This document shows positions 1 to 13,372 of a stretch of DNA of 64,000 nt, piece after piece (position 1 is the first letter of the stretch; each line of letters begins with the position of its first letter). The notes under the pieces were generated by a model that was not told the DNA's origin, searched no databases, and saw only the letters and a list, made by a program, of their open reading frames with translations. A program made the translations under genes and the position numbers. The DNA lies in NCBI RefSeq assembly GCF_006345805.1, contig NC_042999.1:167090001-167154000 (forward strand), given 5' to 3'. Source of the stretch: Octopus sinensis (Eukaryota).

Positions 1-270
1 AAGAAGCCTGTCGTATATATGTATATATATATATGTGTGTGTGTGTGTTTGTGTTTGTCCCCCTAGCATTACTTGACAACGATGCTGGTGTGTTTACGTC
101 CCCGTCACTTAGCGGTTCGGCAAAAGAGACCGATAGAATAAGTACTGGGCTTACAAAGAATAAGTCCCAGGGTCGATTTGCTCGATTAAAGGCGGTGCTC
201 CAGCATGGCCGCAGTCAAATGACTGAAACAAGTAAAAAGAGTAAAAGAGAGAGTAAAGAGTACAAAATGA
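1..270 (+). mobile_element. SINE family S1, 3' part (cut by window start)
   Basis: Body and tail (gtgtttacgtccccgtcacttagcggttcggcaaaagagaccgatagaataagtactggg...gactgaaacaagtaaaa) match the full-length copy at 52236-52650. Confidence 0.8.
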
Positions 271-1199
271 AAATCTAGAGAGTAAGCCTAGCATCGGTTT
301 TAATACCACAGTAGTCCATACTAAAACAGATTTAAAGCTGATATATTTTTGTTTGTAGAGATAAGAGGGTTGAAGCCATAGATTAAATCAAAGCTGAAGT
401 GTTTTCAATCTCAACGGAAACAACTACCTATATGGCACTTTCAAAGTTTACACACCATTTAAATATATCCCTATTCAACTGAAATTTAGTCTTCGATATT
501 CTGTTGCTGTGTAGGAGTATGAATGTAGATATATTTTGGTTAGTAATTTATATGGTACTGTCTAACCGAAAATATTCTGTATGTAACTGCCAAACATTGG
601 AGATTACACCAGTCAAATCTTTCTGGGGAAAAATCCATAAGAATATGTAAAATAAATATATCAACACACAATGTGTTTAGCAGTCCAAATTTTCTTTTAG
701 ATCTTGATGTCTTATTAAATTATGTCACGAAAATATAAACATACAAGCTATGGATCATTTCCTTCTGTACAGACGTTCAGTTTGAAGTTTTATCCTTTAT
801 TGTGTTCCATCTCTTTAACTATCTCAATTAAATTGCGTATCTGAAAGTAATTATTTTAAGAAAATATCAAATTTATCTCTAACACAAATACCTAAAATAA
901 AATAAAATAAAACACAAACGAAAGAATATAACACAAATAAAAACGAACATCTTATATATATTATCTTCTTTCTTATATCATGACTTGCTACAAAAATAGC
1001 CGTTAGACCAAAGATGCTAGGAGAGTTTTTGATGAAGTAAGACTACTCTGTATCATTAACGGAAGTTGCTATTTTGGCAATACTTCAAAAGAATGGTGCG
1101 TTCTGCGAGTTTTTTGTTGATCTACAGGAGATATCTCAGCAGTAAGATAGAAAGTATATTCCGTTAATAGGAGCTGAATTTTTAAGTGAGTGTTTTAGT

Positions 1200-1252
1200 G
1201 AGGTACTGTAAGTAGTAGTAGTAGTAGTAGTAGTAGCAGCAGCAGTAGCAGC

Positions 1253-1302
<50 letters not shown>

Positions 1303-1303
1303 C

Positions 1304-1340
<37 letters not shown>

Positions 1341-1381
1341 TTATCATCATTATTATTATTATTATTAGTAGTAGTAGTAGT
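1200..1381. repeat. Compound trinucleotide microsatellite (GTA)n-(GCA)n-(TTA)n-(GTA)n
   Basis: Seen directly in the sequence. Confidence 0.95.
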
Positions 1382-1498
1382 CACATATATCTATGTGTAT
1401 CTTCATATACTTGCACTTAATATAACTATACCTAGAACAGTGTATGTACATGAATACATATTAACACTCAAACACGCACAAGCACTTACAAGTCTATG

Positions 1499-1531
<33 letters not shown>

Positions 1532-1796
1532 TGTGTGTGTGCATATATATATATATGTGTGTATATGTGTGTGTATTTATGCTTATACATACATACATGT
1601 AAACCTACAAAAATATATTTGCACGTGCTCGTACACGCAGACACACGCATTTGTAGACAGAAACACACATCGAAACAGAATAATCACACAAACATACAAC
1701 CACACGATTACACACTAATACGAACGCGCGCACACACACACACATGCATATATATAATTACATAATTACATATATATATATGTATATATACGTATG

Positions 1797-1847
<51 letters not shown>

Positions 1848-2660
1848 TTATATTTATATATATATATATTTATATATATATACATACATACGTATATATA
1901 CATATATATATATGTAAGCTGTTGGCAGGTTTTCAAAGGTTCTCGGTCTGTCTGTTGTTTTTCTTTACAACCTGAGTGCAATTAGAAACACTACCCAAAA
2001 GAAAGCTTTTCCAATTACTGTGTTAAAAAAAAGACGAAAGCAAAAACGATCTAGAACGAGATCTCTGGTTTATAAGATTTATGTTACCAATTCATTTTTA
2101 GTGTTTTCAATTTGTTTCCTATGTATATATATATATATAAATATATATGTATGTACGTACGCGCGCGTGTGTGTGTGTGTGTGTGTGCATTTAGCTGATT
2201 CGTTCTTTTGGATTTTTGCGTTACGTCTTTATCCTTGAATACAGATGTAGGAAAGCCAAAACAAAACTTTGATTTTCTTTGATTGCCCACCAGATTAATT
2301 TTATGTTTTAAATAGGTACATGGCATGTGGCATTTTGTTTATGGTCTTAACGGATGAGGGTGAAATGTAAATTCGATCTTGGTGGGATTTGAATTCAAAG
2401 CGTAGAAGTACGAAACGTAAACGGATACACCAATGCACTTGGTTCAGTGCTTTATTGTTGCTCCATTTCTCATTAACCTCGTTGAAAATATTATATGAAT
2501 TTCTGAGGTTGGGATACGGCTACAAACTTAAGTGGGTAAGGACTTGTCGCTTATTTCCTGGATCCCGGAAAAACGAAAATAGATCTCTTTGAGGTTTCGA
2601 AGTCAGTAAATGAATGTACCGCAAGTAAAATTTCGTTGGTGATCTATCGATTTTATCGTT

Positions 2661-2878
2661 TACGAGGGGTTACTGAAAAGTTCCTGGTTTTGAGGGTGTC
2701 GTGAAAGGCTTTGGTTGGAGGCGTAACCTTCCGAGCTCTTCTACAGGGCTTAGAAATGCTGAAAGACCACTGCAAAAATGTGTGAATCTGAGAGGGGAAT
2801 ATGTTTAATAAAATCATAAACTGATTCTCCTGTACTTTCTCTTATTTAAAACCAGAAATTTTTCAGTACCCAACTCGT
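2661..2878. mobile_element. Tc1/mariner-type MITE
   Basis: Starts TA-cgaggggttactgaaaagttcctggtt and ends aaccagaaatttttcagtacccaactcg, an imperfect ~27-bp TIR of the mariner-like TACGAGGG...AAAAGTT type. No ORF. Confidence 0.6.
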
Positions 2879-4289
2879 GAGTAAGAACTTGTCGCTTATT
2901 TCCTGAATCCCGAAAAGAGGAAAATAGACCCCTTTAAGATTTCGAACTCAGTAAATAAACATACACAACTATCGCAAATAAATTTCTTTGATGATCTGTC
3001 GATCATATACATTAACGGAAGTTAAAGTCGACTAATCTTAACCATTTACCTGCACTGTGTCTACCACATGTGCTACACAGGACATATTTCCCTGGCCTCC
3101 ATGCATCGTATATGACACACAATTGCAATTTTTTTCAACCGCCAGTGCAATTTAAGGCTTATGAAAAGAAAGCTTTAGATTACTTAGAATGTAGGAAGCA
3201 AGGGTTACCTAAAAGTCTGAATACAAGCATGAATGTTTACACCAAACTTATGAAAATGTTCCAATTGTAAGCTGCAGTTTTGTACTTAGCCGGAATTTTG
3301 TACAGGTGAATATATTTTGAAGGAGACGGTCAGCAGCTATGTGTCTAATGTGGTTTTCTCAGACCGGATATAAATAATATATCCCGACCGAATAACTGTT
3401 TTTATAAAGTCTTACATTTTAAAAATTAACCAGCGAATTTGGCATGAGGTATTTGCCATGTCGTTCGAGTATCGTGAAAAAATTTTTAAGGGGAAATGCT
3501 TCATATTCAATGTGTACGAAAAGTTATTTATTGCCTAGTGTAGTTGAAGCCAGCGGAAATTGAAGGTAATCATCATTAGTAGCGGCGGGCCGCAGAGGTT
3601 GTTCGAAAGCAAAATAATTATAGCATATATCTGTAAATTCAACAGTGTTTAGTAATGACATAAAGGATCATTAGTAATGTAAGTGAAGTTAGTATGAGTT
3701 GGTAACTGGAACCTAGTACTGGATACAGTTCACTGAAAAAATACACATCTCTATTAAGTACACCACATATTCTTCTTACATGTGCTGTTACGAATTAATG
3801 ATGAAGCCTTTATGTCGATACTTGAATTGCTAGAAATAGCAGCCAAATCATCGTTGAAACACACTCCGCTAGCTTTTATTTTTTAAAAAAAAGGAAAAGA
3901 AGAAAGGACACATTTAATAAATTAATTTGTATTACATTAGGCAGTATCTATGATAGCCTAACGGTACTGTTCTGGAAGAAGGTTCTGAAAATTGAGGTGA
4001 ATCCCAAAATAATTCAATGTAGCACTCAGAATTATAAGAATTATAAGAATCTGTTCAATCATACAACAAAAATGGAAGCGCTCCATCATATTTATGATAT
4101 TTGGACTAAAGCACAACGCCTAGTGTGGTTGCACAAACAGTATAGAGAATTAGAAATACTTGATTAGGGTGGTGGATCGGTGGAAACGTAAGCGTCGTAC
4201 AAAATGTGTGTGGTAGTTATTATGGTCCCCCTAAAATTGACATTATTTCGGAGTCTAAGCATAGCCAATTCTCGCTCAAATGACCTCAA

Positions 4290-4960
4290 ATTTTAACAAA
4301 ATGTATAGAAACTAAGTTTGGATCGGGCATGCCAGTGATAATGCCAATGTGCTGCTGAAATGGCCATAACATTCATCTGACTTGACACCTTGTGATTTTT
4401 TTCTATAGGGCTGTGTGAAATAACTGCTCTATATCCGTCCTCTTCCTCGCGCAGAGAATCCCTGAGGCGCTGGAGAACGTTACGCAAGACATGCTGGAGC
4501 TAGACGACCGATCTGTCGTGTATAATGTCACAGGCGGTGCATATATTGAACGTGGAGGCGCAATGGCTCAGTGGTTAGGGCAGCGGACTCGCGGTCATAG
4601 GATCGCGGTTTCGATTCCCAGACCGGGCGTTGTGAGTGTTTATTGAGCGAAAACACCTAAAAAGCTCCACGAGACTCCGGCAGGGGATGGTGGTGATCCC
4701 TGCTGTACTCTTTCACCACAACTTTCTCTCACTCTTACTTCCTGTTTCTGTTGTACCTGTATTTTAAGGGGCCGGCCTTGTCACTCTCTGTGTCACGCTG
4801 AATATCCCCGAGAACTACGTTAAGGGTGCACGTGTCTGTGGAGTGCTCAGCCACTTACACGTTAATTTCACGAGCAGGCTGTTCCATTGATTCGGATCAA
4901 CCGGAACCCTCATCGTCGTAACCGACGGAGTGCTTCCATATATTGAACATTTGTGAAGCT
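4290..4960 (+). pseudogene. Decayed Tc1/mariner-superfamily transposase C-terminus (rosa/DD41D-like), interrupted by a SINE
   Basis: Translation through stops and frameshifts gives WIGHASDNANVLLKWP*HSSDLTPCDFF...RIPEALENVTQDML..ELDDR....VTGGAYIEHL*. This matches the WPPRSPDLTPxDFFLWG...GGHIEHL pattern. The subfamily assignment is inference. Confidence 0.65.
4552..4936 (+). mobile_element. Full-length tRNA-derived SINE, family S3, with 12-bp target-site duplication
   Basis: A-box TGGCTCAGTGG and B-box GGTTTCGATTCC. Flanked by CATATATTGAAC at 4540-4551 and 4937-4948. Confidence 0.88.
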
Positions 4961-6152
4961 TTGTGAAATCAGTTACAAATCTACATCATTCTGAATCTCT
5001 TGTTCGAATTTTGATGGATAAATCCTTTATTGTTCAACATGAAGGCCATTTAATTTCTTTTGCTTAGGACATGTAGTTATTCAGATATTCACATTTCAAA
5101 TGATGCCACTTTTTTGGAGCTTTTTATGAGTTAAATCCCGTCGAGGTTAGCTTTGCTTTTCATAGTTACAGAGTCGATAATATAAAGTAACAGTCGATTA
5201 CTGGTGCCTATTTGACATTCCTATAATGGTATACTAGATACGAATGGAATTATAATAGAAAATTTACATATTTCGTTTCATATATCAGTATCAAGTCTGT
5301 TTTAACGGAAGATGATAATTGGGAATTTGAGATATTCGTCCCTTTTCACGAGGAATCTTGCAATTCATATAAGACCGTTCTAAGAATAATTTTCTGTTTT
5401 ATTTTACATAAGACACACAAGTATGATATGGTGATTTAGCAATATGCAGTATTTCAAGATTTCAAATACGTCTAATTAAACGACGAACAAAATAAAATCA
5501 TCAAATGTACAACCGCTATTGGACGTAATCTTAAATCTTTGAAATGGGTTAGATATTGGATAGATGTTATATATAGATATTATACATACATGAATATAAA
5601 TTAGGAAAATAACTTAGAGCTGTTTCAGCCAAGAGGTAAAAATACTTCATTCTATATTTATTACTAAAGTAGACTGAAGTAATAGGTAGATGAAATTGAG
5701 GTACTTGGGTGTTTCTCTAGGCTTCGTCAAAGATTATAAAGTACATAATGTTAAGCTGTAAATAAATATAAATATAAAATAAATAAACATACACACACAT
5801 TTAAATACTTGTATATATATAGATATACATATATATATATATACAAATATAGATATACACAAATACTTATATATATATACTGAAATGTACATACATATTT
5901 GCATTTATAAGCATATACAATAATCAGTTATTACTAATATTATTAATATTAGATGCATTTTGTTATTCACAATATATATAATATAGAATTTAATATATAA
6001 ACAGATATTTTTGAAAGTTATAAGGATAGTAATTTTACAATCAATATATCATAGAGTTATTACAGTTATGTCAGAAGGAATCTGCATACACACGAGGAAC
6101 GTATATATGCATATGCACACATACATATACGCATATATATATGCGTGTTCTG

Positions 6153-6405
6153 TTCTTGAACAAGACACTTTATTTCACATTGTTCCGCTTCACTCAGCTG
6201 TAGAAATGAGTTGCGACGTCACAGGTGCCAAGCTGTATCGGCCCCTTTGCCTTTCCCTTGGATAACACTGATGATGTGGAGAGGGAAGGCCGGTATGCAT
6301 GGGCGACTGCTGGTCTTCCATACAAACAACCTTGCCCAGACTTGTGCCTGGGAGGGTAACTTTCTAGGTGCAATCCTATGGTCAGTGTCTGACCGAAGGG
6401 GGTCA
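6153..6405 (+). mobile_element. 5'-truncated SINE-like element (family S4)
   Basis: ttgaacaagacactttatttcacattg...cactcagctgtagaaatgagt resembles conserved SINE central domains. It ends next to a (TA)n tract. Only one copy is in the window. Confidence 0.5.
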
Positions 6406-6409
6406 CAAC

Positions 6410-6416
<7 letters not shown>

Positions 6417-6480
<64 letters not shown>

Positions 6481-6482
6481 TA
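6417..6482. repeat. (TA)n microsatellite
   Basis: Seen directly. One of dozens of (TA)n tracts in the window. Confidence 0.95.
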
Positions 6483-6795
6483 TTTTCCATTCAAACATAC
6501 TTATATGTACATACGTATTATATGTGTATTGGAATGTAGGATAATGCGCAGACTAATTTATATTTATATATATATATATATAGAGAGAGAAACGTGGTAT
6601 GTTTTTCTCCGTTGTTTATTATTATTGCAGTAGTTTAAATCTTGCGGGAAGTGGAGATGGATTATTTATATTCATTTACTTAATCTAATTGGTTAACAAT
6701 TTTTTGAATTACTTTGTCTCAGTTACGGTTGGTTAATTGATAAACGATGAAATAAAACAAATCGTTAACAGAACAATAGTAGTTGAAAATGTGAA

Positions 6796-6831
<36 letters not shown>

Positions 6832-7403
6832 TGAATAAATAAATAAATGGAGTTGAACGAAGATGTTAAGAAAATTCCTTTACTTTCGACATATGTTTCG
6901 AAGACAGCATGGTTTTATTCCAAAGGAATAAACGGTGTAAGATGCAATCTTCTCATCCGGAAAGAAAGAGAGCCTCTCTCAACAACAAGACATTATAACA
7001 ATTACGATGGCTGCCTACATGATAAACAGAACGTTATTAAGTATTTAAAAAAACCGTTAGTAGATTCGACGTCAAAGGCAGATAGGAGGAGGAGAAGGGT
7101 TAAAGGGATAGTAATTAGGGAACAAATAGAGAGGGAGGGATACGTTGATTAAAAGAATGTTCAATGGCTTAGGAAAAGATTCCTCTATTGAAGTGAAGTG
7201 CAAGGTAAACTAACTGTTCAAACTATCAAGACTGGCGAAATCACTTATATGAGTAAAATGTATGTTTCTGCCAGAGTTTACATTTGTAAGATCTCTCTAT
7301 GAGTGTGTTTGCAAGGGGATTCTTCGAGAAGTGAATATGGAAGAGTTCAGAGTTGCAAATGTTACAAAATCTCTTGCCCTTATCGAAAGGAAAAGATACG
7401 GAA

Positions 7404-7410
<7 letters not shown>
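6832..7410 (-). mobile_element. Non-coding HHR-bearing interspersed repeat (family E), copy 1
   Basis: Aligns by eye over ~550 bp with the reverse complement of 19860-20415. Its 3' end lies next to (TA)n. Confidence 0.7.
6883..6964 (-). ncRNA. Degenerate type I hammerhead ribozyme motif (core CGGATGA)
   Basis: Minus strand reads ctttc-CGGATGA-gaaga...tcttc-GAAA-c-atat-g-TC-gaaag. Stems I, II and III pair, but core position 4 is G instead of U. Confidence 0.55.
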
Positions 7411-7435
<25 letters not shown>

Positions 7436-7443
7436 CTATATAT

Positions 7444-7777
7444 ATCACCTTGATCACATTGACCGACCAGTCCGTCAGGCGTCCATTTGACACCGCTGGT
7501 CACAGCACGCTGTTCACTCCTCTCTGGATCGCGCCTTTCTCATCTACATGATCCCAATCGTCCTCCTGAAATCGTAGCTCCACCGTCGTGGAGGTCTTCC
7601 GGGTGGTCTCTTTTCATGCGGTCAGACAACGTACCAACAGGTCGAATGATGATCGGCAGTGATGAAATAGAGGCAGTAAGGGAATATGTCTCCCTGGGAC
7701 AGGAAGTAAATATGTGCCGAGATATCGAAAAGGAGAGCTCTCGGAGAGTAAGGGCCGGATGGAAGGCGTTCAATGGC

Positions 7778-7780
<3 letters not shown>
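7444..7780. mobile_element. RTE-clade LINE fragment: minus-strand 3' end (7444-~7635) joined to a plus-strand internal piece (~7640-7780)
   Basis: Minus strand encodes KRPPGRPPRRWSYDF followed by a 3' tail. Plus strand encodes IEAVREYVSLGQEV...RRVRAGWKAF, the RTE post-RT motif YxYLG...RRxxxGWxAF. Confidence 0.7.
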
Positions 7781-7808
<28 letters not shown>

Positions 7809-8432
7809 TAAATATATATATACACGCAGACAAACATACACACACATACAGACATATGAATTAATGGTTAAAGTTATATACTAAGGGAATATTATTTTAA
7901 AATATTTTAATATAGTAGATATGAGAAGTAAGTTATTACAAGTTATTTAGAAGAAAAAAGTCAATAACAATAATAATAATAACAATAATAAAAATAATAT
8001 TATATGTATGAGTTCAACTATGTGAGTTATTAATATATTTAGTAACTTAAGTGGGTTGAAATGCATGTCGGAAATCAGTTGGATCAAACTCAAACCAGGA
8101 ATAAAATATCAAATTTATTGTATATATCTCCTCAATATATTGTTAATCGTTAAACTTACTTCCAGAATTAATTTTAGATATTCTCAATTCCCTTCTATTA
8201 TTAACTACACCTACATATCAAATTGTATTCATTACTGTTAAAAATATTTTCAAAATCTATTATATCTGACAAATTGCCTCCAATTATGTTAAAATTCTAT
8301 TGTATCTGGCAAATTGTTTCAGATGCAAGGCTCCATTTTCCAAATACCTATACTGCAAGATTCCATGTAATATTGTTAAGTCCTTTAATTAACAAACTAC
8401 TTATTTATTAATTCCTCAAAAATATCTATCTA

Positions 8433-9980
8433 ATGAATACTGCTGGAAAAATGGAGTTGATAAAGATAGACTCGTCACCGAAGGACATACCTATCCCACC
8501 TAAAGACACATATATTAAGGAATTAATCTTTAGGATAAATGAATTTATCTATACAATTCGTTGGAGAAAATATCTTCATGAAAAGAAACTTAACCAGTTG
8601 GACTCTCAAACTTACAACGAATACAGCTACGCTAGAAATAATAATAACAACGAAGAAATACTGGAACTTACTAAAGATACATTCAAATCTAGAAAAGCAC
8701 CACCAGCTACAAAACATCAGGATAACTTTGAACAAGATCTTTGGAGTACCGTAAAAAAACATCAAATTTAAGAACCACCCACTCAGACATAATCTTTACC
8801 AGAGAAAATTGAAAGAACTTATAAGAACATTTGATACCAAAAATGGTATTTTAACACATTCTGATAAAACTGGAAACATATATAATATTGACACCTACAC
8901 ATACCATGAACTATTCTATAGGGAAATAACAAAAAATGTAAGGTTGTACCTAATGCTGCACTAACAAAGATTAACTTAGAAGCAAGAAATATTATGTTAG
9001 ATTTTAATTTAGGTGAAAAAACTGAACCATTTGCTCCTATAAGACCACGCATAACAATTAAGGATCACAAGGAGAACTTGCCTAACAAAACACAGGTTAG
9101 ACTAATTTGTCCCAATAAATCAGACTTAGGTAAATTGAGTAAAATAATATTAGATAATACCTACCTATAATTAGAAATAAAGTTAAACTCAATTTATAGA
9201 AAAACATACAAGGTGCATTAGATTGGTTTTCCAGTATAAAGATAGGAAATGGGCATAACCAAAAATTAATTCAAATTGATATACAAAATTATTATGCATC
9301 TATAAACCCTGTAGTCCTTAATAGTGCTCTCATCTTCGCAAAGAGATACACTAATCTAAGTATGAGAGAAATAAAAGTAATACTTACTGCCCGCAAAACT
9401 GCTATTGAATTTGATAAACTATGGGCAAGAAAAGACACACCAGACCTCTTTGATATTACAATGTGATCGCTAGACTCAGCGGAAACGACTGACCTGGTAG
9501 GTCTTTATTTATTAGATAATATAGGTAGGGAATTCCCTGAATTAACTGGAGGTCTATATAGAGATGACGCATTATTCCTAGTTAAGAACCTTTCGAATAG
9601 ACGTCTCGAAATCCTTAGAAAAGCGTTTACATAAATTATTTAATAGATTTGGCCTATCCATAACTATTGAAAATGAAAATTATTCTATAAACTATTGAGA
9701 TGTAAATTGTAGCCTTAATATTGGAATCCATGAATCTTATGTAAAAGAAAATTCTAATCTAAGATATATAAGCAATTCTAGTAACTACCCCGCGCAAAAT
9801 AACCCTACTTTTAAATATAAGTAAAAGAATTTCAAACCTATCTTCTAATGAAGAGATATTAAATAAGCATAAAGAAAAATAAAATAAAGCATTACAAAAT
9901 GCAGGATATAAAGGTAAAATCAAATACCTCCCCAATAATATTAACTTTAATACCCAGGATGGAATAACTACCGCAAACAA
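8433..9980 (+). mobile_element. Decayed Penelope-like element reverse transcriptase (LYRDD type, probably Hydra clade)
   Basis: Motifs across stops and frameshifts: IPIPPKDTYIKELI..IRWR, SDKTGNIY, ITIKDHKENLPNKTQVRLICPNKSDLGKLSKIILD, FDITM*SLDSAETTDLVGLYLL...GLYRDDAL. The clade assignment is inference. Confidence 0.8.
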
Positions 9981-10090
9981 CTTAGTTTAGACAAATATAA
10001 CATTACCACAGACAAAAATAAATATAACAACAATAATAATAAAATATAGAAATATTATAAATAAGATAAGACAACCCATAATAAATAATG

Positions 10091-10145
<55 letters not shown>

Positions 10146-10147
<2 letters not shown>

Positions 10148-10700
10148 GCCCTGATGCAGTACCAGGCAGTGGCTCTCATGGCTTCTGATCTTAACTGACT
10201 GGAAGTGTTATCATGTACATTGTTTTGTCTTGGTATAAAAGATGGGCTACAGCAAATATTCTGCTCAATACCACAGATTTGCTTGTCAGTTGTTTGACCT
10301 TAACCAGTTGAGCATGTCCCTTAGTGGCTGACGATATGTGCATCTCTGATCACGAGCAGAAGTAGTGGGGGAGCATCATAGCCGTGTGTTGAGAGGGATT
10401 CTTTGGGGTTTGAATGATTCATCTCTGGAAACAGCTGTTTCGTTCAATATCCTTAGACAACCCTTAATCAGGGACCTTTTGAGTGGGATGGGTTACCCAA
10501 CCAGAAGAAAATTGTGACTGGGCCCCACCCGCAAGGTCATGCGCTGTTTATCTTGTTATGAGATCACCATGTCGCACACATATGGTTCTCAAGCATGTGC
10601 CTGGTGTGCCTTTATCAGATGGGTAGTCATGATGGGTATACTGGGCTTCGTATATTTTACCCCAGTGTCACTTTGATGGCATGCACTGCTCCCTCACTCA
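10146..10700. mobile_element. ~550-bp non-coding interspersed element embedded in (AAT)n
   Basis: GC-richer block starting aatgccctgatgcagtacc and ending gctccctcactc, with (AAT)n immediately on both sides. It has no ORF and no A/B box. I recall it as a recurrent octopus repeat but cannot verify that here. Confidence 0.55.
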
Positions 10701-10715
10701 ATAATAATGATAATA

Positions 10716-10746
<31 letters not shown>

Positions 10747-10924
10747 TGATGATGATAGAATAACAACAACAATTATGATAACAATAACAATAATGAAATC
10801 TTTAGTAATAATAGAAATAATTATAACAAAAAGAATACTATTAAATATAAAAATTATAAAAATAAGAATAAGATGCAATGAAAATTATAGGAAAATAAGA
10901 AATAAGTGGAAATTTTACCGGTGA

Positions 10925-13369
10925 GTGTGTTACATTATAAAGCACAAAAAGAAAATGACTCTCCCCAGACACAGCAGAATATGCTTCAACACACGAACTC
11001 ATATAAAGAACCTTGCAAACCAAATCCAAAAACGAACTATAGGTAATAATAATAACAAAAATAATAGCAGGAATAAGACTAAGCAACAAGAAGGCACCTG
11101 GGCAAGACAAGATCCCCAACTTGTGGTTGAAATATCTGACAGGAATGTACAAAAAGCTGGCTGAAAACTTTAACGACATACTGGCAGAGCCAGAGACAAT
11201 GCCTGAATGACTCACGAAAGGGAAACAATCTTAATTCCCAAATCCAATGAAACAGCAAAACCACAAAACTACAGACCTATAACCTGTCTCCCTACCATGT
11301 ACAAAGCCCTTACTGCAGTAATATCGCAAAGATTGAACAAGCACCTGGACGAAAACAACCTCGTCCCAGAAGAGCAGAAAGGATGCTGCAAGGGCTCATA
11401 TGGCTGTAAAGATCAACTAATGATCAATAAAGCCATAACTGAAGACAGCCGCAGAAAGAAGAAAGGCCTCAGTATGGCCTGGATCGACTACCGAAAGGCG
11501 TTTGATAGCATTCCCCACACATGGATCCTCGAAACAATAGCCCTTAACAAGGTAGCACCAACAATTATAAAATACATAAGACACTCCATGAATAAATGGC
11601 AGACAGTGCTACAGCTCCAAACAAAAGAGGGCCTCTTGAAAACCAAAGTCATCCCCATTAGAAGAGGAATATTCCAGGGAGACACGCTCTCTCCACTCCT
11701 TTTCTGCTTAGCACTGACACCTCTATCTGATATGCTAAATAGGACTGGATGCGGATACAAATGTTACGGCAAAACGATCAGCCACCTTTTATATATGGAT
11801 GACCTAAAACTATACGCTGCAAATGACAAACAGCTGGAAACACTATTAAAGACAGTTCATGGATTTACCAAAGAAATAGATATGAAATTTGGATTAGAAA
11901 AATGCGCCAAAGTAGCCCTGAAAAAACGGAAACTAGTTTAGAGTAGCAACATCACATTAGATAAAACCAATGAAATAAGAGAATTAGACCAAAGCCAAAC
12001 TTACAAATATTTAGGAATCCATGAACTAGGTAAGACACAACACACACAAATGGAAGAGAAAATAAAGAAAGAATATTATAGACGAGTTAGATCAATACTA
12101 AAAACAGAGCTCAATGCTAAAAACAAGATAATAGGTATTAACACTTTAGCCGTCCCAGTTATAAGTTACAGCTACAATATCCTTAACTGGACGCTAAATG
12201 AACTAACCAAAATAGATAGGAAAACAAGAAAAATAATGACAGGATCTAGGATGCATCACCCAAAATCTGACATAGAAAGGCTATATATACAACGTATAGA
12301 AGGTGGTAGAGGACTTATACAGCTGGAAAACTACTATAAAATAACCACCATAGGACTGCAAAAATATCTACTTCAGAAGCAAGGGAAACTGATACAAATA
12401 GCTGCAAAACACGAGCAAAGCAAAAAACTGTTCTCAGTATTTAAGGAAGCTGACAAATACAAACAAGAAATCATACCACCTAACAAATATGAAGAAGAAG
12501 AAGAAGAAGGGAACGATGGGAAGAAAAGCTCCTTCATGCAAATACTGGACTAAGCTAAATGCAAAAGAAATAGACAAAGAAAAATCCCAGTAATGGTTGA
12601 GAAGCTCAGGACTCAAAGCAGAGACGGGGAGATTTTTAATTGCAGCACAAGACCAAAGCCTTCCCACCAAAAACATATAATGAAAAGAAACATAACAAGT
12701 AACTGCAGAGAATATGTGGAGATGGACAAGAAACAATAAATCATATTATCTCGAGCTGCCCAGTCCTGGCTAAGAAGGAATATATTCATAGAAACGACAG
12801 AGTTGGGACCTACATACACTGGAAGCTATGCCAACATTATGGAATAACAACAGAAAAAATATGGTATAGGCACACACCAGAAAAGGTCACAGAAAATGAG
12901 AAAGCAACCATACAGTGGGATATGCCAATACACATAGATAGAGAAATTAAGGCCAACAGACCAGATATAGTTGTCAGAGATCATGAAGAAAAAAAATGCT
13001 TTCTAATTGATGCATCAATACCAGCTGATGACAACGTGTCTCTAAATGAAATGGAGAAACTTTCAAAATACAAAGACCTGGAAATAGAGGTAACTCGAAT
13101 GTGGAATCTAAAAACAGAAACAATTCCTATCATAGTAGGTGCATTAGGTATGATAAAAAAATATTCAGACAAATACATAACAAAAACACCAGGACTTACA
13201 AACACATATAACATACAGAAAATTGCACTACTAGGCACTGCACACATCCTACGCAGAACACTTTCCATACAATAACCATCAGAGCATCACAACAAATCAC
13301 AGATCATACCCAAGTCACACAGAGCTGCGCTCGGTTGTGAAGTGAAAGTACGCTATAAAAATAAAACTA

Positions 13370-13372
<3 letters not shown>
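10925..13372 (+). mobile_element. 5'-truncated, decayed Dong/R4-clade LINE (RT, CCHC zinc knuckle, restriction-like endonuclease)
   Basis: ORFs 11207-11941 (NYRPITCL, WIDYRKAFDSIPH, GIFQGDTLSPLLF, LLYMDD), 12050-12553 and 12922-13275 (RPDIVV...LID...KLSKYKDL). A CxxC-H-C knuckle lies near 12700-12770. A short 3' UTR is followed by a (TAA)n tail at 13373-13428, the known Dong-type target. Confidence 0.9.

Noticed and set aside
4552-4625. tRNA gene (also the heads at 51577, 52236 and 58122)
   Set aside because: A and B boxes are present but continue into SINE bodies found in several copies, with no complete cloverleaf or acceptor stem.
8056-8411. Possible GIY-YIG remnant upstream of the PLE RT
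   Set aside because: There is only vague similarity in short stretches and no convincing motif.
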